Virus record (IMG/VR): IMGVR_UViG_3300042449_001682
DNA length: 64,000 bases
Direction: 5' to 3' (one strand)
Origin: an uncultured virus (IMG/VR IMGVR_UViG_3300042449_001682)
Taxonomy: Duplodnaviria; Heunggongvirae; Uroviricota; Caudoviricetes
Made by a program: the position numbers and the translations under genes. This document shows, one piece after another, positions 59,248 to 64,000 of this stretch; within the stretch, counting starts at the first letter, position 1, and each line of letters begins with the position of its first letter. A model generated the notes under the pieces. The model saw only the letters and a list, made by a program, of their open reading frames with translations. It searched no databases and had not been told where the DNA came from.

Positions 59248-61206
59248 TTAACCCCATTTAGGACAACAAGTCTGACAAACTTTTGAGAAATCGGGTGCTT
59301 TACCAAAAAACCTACGTTTAGGTTTAAGATTTCTTAAAGACTTCTTTATTTTTCTTTTTAATTTTTTAATACCTCTCTTAAAATTTTTCCAAGAATCTTT
59401 AAAACTAAATTCTCCATTTGACTGTAGCTCTATTCCCATTCCTGGTACTGCAATAACAAAATAATCCTCACCGACCTCTGATTTAGTTACTATAGTTGGT
59501 TTTTTTAATGTAACGCTAATACCAGCCAAATTCATTCTAAATGGTCCGTATATATCGTTATATTCTTGAGATAATTCTTGTTGTGCAACTTCTCTACCTA
59601 ATTTTTCTGACGCTTTCTTTGCCCAAGCAGTACCTCTATTACCATAAAATAACTGTGGTTTTAGTTCATTGTCTTTTTTGTATGCCTCTTGGAACATTGC
59701 ACCATATGCGGTTATAGGTACGTCTGAACCATCAGCATATTTACCATCTATTTTCTCCCAACCTGGACCGATATTAGGTTTTTCTATTCTAGAGGCTAAG
59801 ATTATATTATAACCATCTAACTTATATTGTTTCAAAATACCTCTAACTGAGTTTTCTATAACATTACTTCTATCTTCCGCTAATTTTATATTATTATCTT
59901 CACTAAAACTTTTATCTTTACTTTTATATGATGTTCTTACTTTACTGGTTGAGGAATAAATAAATATGTTTATTGATGACACATCTAATTTAAATTCTTC
60001 ACCTAAATCATTTTCAGTTCTTTGTGCTTCAACCTCTGAATCTTGAGTGTCTATAAACTTTCTTAATAATCTCACTTGTTCTCTAATACCATCAATTGCC
60101 TCTGAAGACATAGACGTACCATCATCTGGAAAGAAATTATTACTTAAATTATTTCTTTCACCTTCAGGTGTATTTTCTGGTGGGTACTGGAATATATCAG
60201 AATCTCCTTCTTCCATAATAGGTACACCTTTACCCGCCTCATCCTCAACTTTAAACTGTTTAAGTTCTGTAGGTTTATCAGTAATTGTTATATTAGTAAT
60301 TTTCTTAAGTAATTTTCTATATGTATCCTCACCAACAGACTCAATTTCAGCAGATAATTTTTTCATTACACTATTTTTAATACCAATTCTTTGATCTGTA
60401 TTTACATCTATTTTGACATTCTCATCATCTACATCTAAACCAATTTCTTTTTTATCTTTTAAATTAAATCCTATCAGATAACTTACAACATCTTTCAAAG
60501 ATTCCATAGAATTAGGATCAGTCTTAGGATTTTTACTAAAATCTATTAAAACATTAAGATTAGTTTTTAATGGTTCTAATATTTCCTTTTTTAGAAAAAC
60601 TTTACCATTATTAATTGCAATTAATTCCTTATTTAATTTTTCTAATGTTCTGGACGATACTAAAGTATCAACTGATTTTTTTAAGTTTTTATCGGTAACA
60701 TTAAATGTTTTAAGATCAATTTTTGATGCGTTGTCTAATATAGTTGTTACTTCTGACTGAAGATTTTTATCGTACTGATCAGGTGCAACCACATTTTTCT
60801 TAGTTTGTTTTACATCCTCAGATTTTTTAATCCCATAATATATGTCACCAAACATCCACTCCTTTAATGAATTCCTTACACTTTCACTATCATTGCCTTC
60901 AAACCAATCCATCATTGTTGTGTACGATGGATTATTTAAAAAAGAACCACCAAAATACTCGTCAACTTCTCTAATATATTCAATAATATCTTTTAATTTC
61001 GCATTTTCCCAATTAAACTTACCACCCTTAGACCAATCAGAAAATACTGGAACTTCCTCTTCCTGTTCCTTTATTAGGTATTTTTTTACCAATTTTTCTT
61101 CTAAAAGTCTATCGAATGAAGTGACATTTTCTCTATATTCATTTGAGTCATGTCCCATTAATTTTCTCATTCTATATATTTCTTCTGTTAACGTATTTTT
61201 TCTCAT
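59248..61206 (-). CDS. Late protein with divergent OmpA-C-like peptidoglycan-binding domain
   Basis: N-tag TLTEEIYRMRKLMG; FFPDDGTSMS...INIFIYSSTS...NNIKLAEDRSNVI; C-terminal CQTCCPKW; late box at 61224-61231. Confidence 0.6.
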   Translation of the reverse strand: MRKNTLTEEIYRMRKLMGHDSNEYRENVTSFDRLLEEKLVKKYLIKEQEEEVPVFSDWSKGGKFNWENAKLKDIIEYIREVDEYFGGSFLNNPSYTTMMDWFEGNDSESVRNSLKEWMFGDIYYGIKKSEDVKQTKKNVVAPDQYDKNLQSEVTTILDNASKIDLKTFNVTDKNLKKSVDTLVSSRTLEKLNKELIAINNGKVFLKKEILEPLKTNLNVLIDFSKNPKTDPNSMESLKDVVSYLIGFNLKDKKEIGLDVDDENVKIDVNTDQRIGIKNSVMKKLSAEIESVGEDTYRKLLKKITNITITDKPTELKQFKVEDEAGKGVPIMEEGDSDIFQYPPENTPEGERNNLSNNFFPDDGTSMSSEAIDGIREQVRLLRKFIDTQDSEVEAQRTENDLGEEFKLDVSSINIFIYSSTSKVRTSYKSKDKSFSEDNNIKLAEDRSNVIENSVRGILKQYKLDGYNIILASRIEKPNIGPGWEKIDGKYADGSDVPITAYGAMFQEAYKKDNELKPQLFYGNRGTAWAKKASEKLGREVAQQELSQEYNDIYGPFRMNLAGISVTLKKPTIVTKSEVGEDYFVIAVPGMGIELQSNGEFSFKDSWKNFKRGIKKLKRKIKKSLRNLKPKRRFFGKAPDFSKVCQTCCPKWG

Positions 61207-61250
61207 AATAAATTATTTTATTTATAAATATAAAAAAAACGGTAAAAAAA

Positions 61251-61281
61251 TTTGTATAATAAAAAAAATGGTGTATATTTG
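61251..61281 (+). promoter_or_regulatory. Bacteroidota-type -33/-7 promoter
   Basis: TTTG-N19-TATATTTG; shares ATTTGTTCTTATAAA with 58163-58177. Confidence 0.75.
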
Positions 61282-61301
61282 TTCTTATAAACGTAACAAC
61301 T

Positions 61302-61907
61302 ATGAAAAACTTAATTTTGATTTTGATGTTTATCCTACCATCAGTAGTTTTTTCTCAGAGAGATGGTTCGAAAGTAATGGACGTAAACAATATCGATTAC
61401 CGACTTTTGGATAGTCTGATTATTGTTGAGATTAATGTGGTAAGAGATTCATTAGGTAATAACAATATGCATTACTCACGATTGGTGAGTGACAATGTTT
61501 CAAAAATAAGATGTCAAAAATTACACAGTGAAGAAAAAGTATATCATCCAGATGGTAGGTTGGAACTATATAGTGAAAAATTAAAGTCCTCAATTATGGG
61601 AGAATCTTATTCTACATATAAATTTAAAGGTGGTGTTAATGTAGTAGACGGTTTTGAAATTTGTTTATTTAAGACAAAAAATTACAAACTATTAACGTAT
61701 GGTGATATAGCAAAATCAATTGTAGATTATTGGGAGACATCTCCTGATCACTGTTTTGTGATTAGAGATGTATTTAATCAACAAATTACTGATAATGGAA
61801 AAGAAGTATTCTTAATGAGCGGTGTTTCTACAAAATACGGTACCTACAAAGGTAAAAACGGATTTTACGCAGTACTAAACCTTACAGTTGTTTATAAGCG
61901 TCAGTAG
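61302..61907 (+). CDS. Secreted divergent CAP/SCP-domain protein
   Basis: Signal peptide MKNLILILMFILPSVVFS-Q; EINVVRDSLG, YHP, FEIC, VDYWETSPDH, SGVS. Confidence 0.75.
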   Translation: MKNLILILMFILPSVVFSQRDGSKVMDVNNIDYRLLDSLIIVEINVVRDSLGNNNMHYSRLVSDNVSKIRCQKLHSEEKVYHPDGRLELYSEKLKSSIMGESYSTYKFKGGVNVVDGFEICLFKTKNYKLLTYGDIAKSIVDYWETSPDHCFVIRDVFNQQITDNGKEVFLMSGVSTKYGTYKGKNGFYAVLNLTVVYKRQ

Positions 61908-61911
61908 GTAG

Positions 61912-63327
61912 TTATTCCTCTTTACGGTAAGCAGGGAATTTAATCTCAAAACGTCTATCTGGTCTAGTTTCTTCATTACTGTAAGGACTTTTAACATTCT
62001 GTGGTACACCGTCTTTTATTTTTGTCTCAGGTTGATTCCAAACTAACCCACTCCATTGGTTTGTTTCACCTTTACCTACTGCAACAAAATTCACATCTTT
62101 AAATGCACCATTCGCAATTGTTTTTAGGTATTCTACTACTGCTTTTGCTCTAGCCTCACTTAAACATTGATTGTATTTTACTCTCGGACCTTTACCCAAA
62201 CCGTATTTAGAACAACCCGCGTAACGACCACCATCAGGGAAATTGGATAACGCATCTATAGAAGCATATGCATTAACTACAATAGTTTTATCTTCTAAAA
62301 ATTCTAAATACTCTTCTTTTCTATATTGTGGGATAGGATTCCATATTTTAACAATGTTCTCATCAATTATATCTTTCGCTTCTTGAGTTAATACTGCCTC
62401 ATCAATTGGAAAGTTTTTAATCGCTTCTACTGCAAAATCAAAAACAATTTCACCATCTTTACATCTTTCTGGTAACGGGCTACCGCACTCATATGTAATC
62501 TGTTCACCTGTTTCTACATCATTACAAAAACATTTTGTTGGTTCTGGATCAGTTTTATTTGGATCGGGCTCACCCCAACTTTTAGGTATATCTGCACCGT
62601 TTATTTGAATTTTAGTAAGTTTAACCTTAAAAGATGATTCTATCTCACCATAAAGATTATCATTTAGTTTAATGAAAAACCTTCTATTAAATGATAGTAA
62701 TGTAATATCCTCCAGTTTAACTAATTTGGCACCATTAACACTTTGTTTAATAGTCCTTTTTAAGTCCCTCTTATTACCAATCACCATCATTTTGAATGAT
62801 ATTGGCGTAGAACCTTCAGGTATTAATCTCATTTTTATAGTTTCATTATCTATTTGATTTTTAATCGAATCATATCTATCATATAATAATCTAAAACATC
62901 TATCCTTTAAAAGTTCTTCCCTAACTAAAGATACTGAAATATCGGTTGAGAATGGGATATATCTATCAGTTACTTTAAACATATATACACCCTTACTAGT
63001 TTTTGATAATGGTAACTCAACGTCACCTATTTTGAAAAATATATTTTCTGGTCCAGTTGCAACTACCTTAACTTTTATCTGAGGTTCTATAACATTTAAT
63101 TGTTTTTCTAATAAATCATTTAACTGATTACTCATTTGGAATGACACCTCAGGTGGTCCACCATATACTCTATCACACTCTCCCTCTTCAGGATCAGTAT
63201 TTTTTCCTTCAGTACTCTTATTAAAATTTTCTTCAGATAGTGAATCATGAGAATTTTCATTAATGTTAAATGACATTAATTTTCTCATTTTTTGTATTTC
63301 TTCGTTAAGGGTTTGAACTTTTTTCAT
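61912..63327 (-). CDS. Late protein with C-terminal OmpA-C-like domain
   Basis: N-tag TLNEEIQKMRKLMS; NFPIDEAVLT, VNAYASID, YNQCLSEARAKAVVEYL, GKGET, DRRFEI; no signal peptide or beta-barrel. Confidence 0.8.
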   Translation of the reverse strand: MKKVQTLNEEIQKMRKLMSFNINENSHDSLSEENFNKSTEGKNTDPEEGECDRVYGGPPEVSFQMSNQLNDLLEKQLNVIEPQIKVKVVATGPENIFFKIGDVELPLSKTSKGVYMFKVTDRYIPFSTDISVSLVREELLKDRCFRLLYDRYDSIKNQIDNETIKMRLIPEGSTPISFKMMVIGNKRDLKRTIKQSVNGAKLVKLEDITLLSFNRRFFIKLNDNLYGEIESSFKVKLTKIQINGADIPKSWGEPDPNKTDPEPTKCFCNDVETGEQITYECGSPLPERCKDGEIVFDFAVEAIKNFPIDEAVLTQEAKDIIDENIVKIWNPIPQYRKEEYLEFLEDKTIVVNAYASIDALSNFPDGGRYAGCSKYGLGKGPRVKYNQCLSEARAKAVVEYLKTIANGAFKDVNFVAVGKGETNQWSGLVWNQPETKIKDGVPQNVKSPYSNEETRPDRRFEIKFPAYRKEE

Positions 63328-63335
63328 AAAATAAA

Positions 63336-63500
63336 TTATCTTCTTCTATTTCTATTTTCTGACAATCTTTTAGATTCTCTTTGTCTTAAAGATTCAGTAA
63401 CTTGCGCTCTTTTTTCTCTTTTTACTTCATTAACAATTCTTTCTACTAAGTTAATCATTTCTGATTCAGTCAATCTAATCACTTTTTTTTCTCTTCTCAT
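63336..63500 (-). CDS. 54-aa Arg-rich late peptide (not in ORF track)
   Basis: MRREKKVIRLTESEMINLVERIVNEVKREKRAQVTESLRQRESKRLSENRNRRR; late box at 63534-63541. Confidence 0.75.
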   Translation of the reverse strand: MRREKKVIRLTESEMINLVERIVNEVKREKRAQVTESLRQRESKRLSENRNRRR

Positions 63501-63561
63501 TTTTTTAAGTTTTTTATTCTTTTTATTCTTATTATAAATATATTAAATTTTATAAAAATTT

Positions 63562-64000
63562 TTATCTAAATGTAATTGTTCCACCTACTTCATCCACTAA
63601 ACTTTGGAATTCTTTTGCATTATCAGGTGATAAGTTATTTACCACATCAGAGTTCACACCAAAACGAATAAATGTTTCGTCCTCTATCATTTTTGTTAAT
63701 ACAGGTACATTAATTTCTTTTATAGGATTGTTTAATAATGTGATCATGAAACATTCTTTTAATGTTTCATAACCATCTAAAGGTGCCTTAGTAATTTGGT
63801 TGTCATTGAAACTAAGTACGTTAATCATTCTACCACCATCAGGTAAGATATTCACAGATGGTAACTCAGTTAAATTACAATTATTTGCAGTAATTCTATC
63901 TACCTTGTGGAATTTAGACATATTTGGCAATTTACCTAAATTCATATTAGAAAAGTCTAAAGATTCTGTAACCTCAGGATCTAAATAATCCAATATCTCC
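63562..64000 (-). CDS. Leucine-rich-repeat protein, C-terminal part (start probably outside window)
   Basis: LDFSNMNLGKLP, ITANNCNLTELP, LSFNDNQIT, ITLLNNPI are LxxxxNxLxxLP repeats. Confidence 0.8.
   Translation of the reverse strand, partial: EILDYLDPEVTESLDFSNMNLGKLPNMSKFHKVDRITANNCNLTELPSVNILPDGGRMINVLSFNDNQITKAPLDGYETLKECFMITLLNNPIKEINVPVLTKMIEDETFIRFGVNSDVVNNLSPDNAKEFQSLVDEVGGTITFR

Noticed and set aside
372..63988. Many short antisense or overlapping ORFs in the track (e.g. 372-641, 4317-4661, 37211-37609, 54817-55329, 60842-61414)
   Set aside because: They are shadows of well-supported genes on the other strand or frame, with S/L/F-rich antisense composition and no promoter or leader.
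1..64000. Stop-codon reassignment (TAG or TGA), as in some large Bacteroidota phages
   Set aside because: Capsid, portal, terminase, ThyA and ClpC are full length in the standard code, and TAG and TGA end genes at sensible places (for example terminase TAG and ATGA overlaps).
1..64000. CRISPR array, tRNA, rRNA or large ncRNA
   Set aside because: Intergenic gaps are under about 120 nt and I saw no spaced repeats or cloverleafs. A covariance-model scan was not run.

Overview
This is a 64 kb segment of a very AT-rich, gene-dense T4-like (myovirus-type) large phage that uses the standard genetic code. The host is most likely Bacteroidota: there are four TTTG-N19/20-TAnnTTT(G/A) promoters, no Shine-Dalgarno sequences, and signal peptides ending in S-Q. 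Left to right the window holds: (i) a truncated Ser/Thr/Gly-rich fibre-like gene and a short late operon that includes a WYL protein; (ii) a ~22 kb glycan-biosynthesis region (4763-27064) with about 11 glycosyltransferases including GT10/GT11/NodZ-like fucosyl-type enzymes, a Gmd-ColD-reductase (GDP-colitose-type) set, a sugar aminotransferase and tailoring enzymes, plus dUTPase and PhoH; (iii) a gp55-like sigma factor and baseplate genes; (iv) the head module (major capsid, scaffold, prohead protease, portal, terminase) and core-like proteins; (v) nucleotidyltransferase, thyA, a DNA methyltransferase and ClpC; (vi) alternating early secreted CAP-domain genes and late OmpA-like-domain genes. 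Three promoter classes can be read from the DNA: host-type -33/-7, sigma70-like -35/-10, and a late ATATTTAT box. The leading hypotheses for new biology are a phage-encoded virion O-glycosylation system with a candidate [S/T]-G-x-[T/S] sequon, a reusable N-terminal capsid-loading/cleavage tag on diverse cargo proteins, and convergent CAP/OmpA-like modules. All product calls come from motif recognition by eye; no database searches were run.
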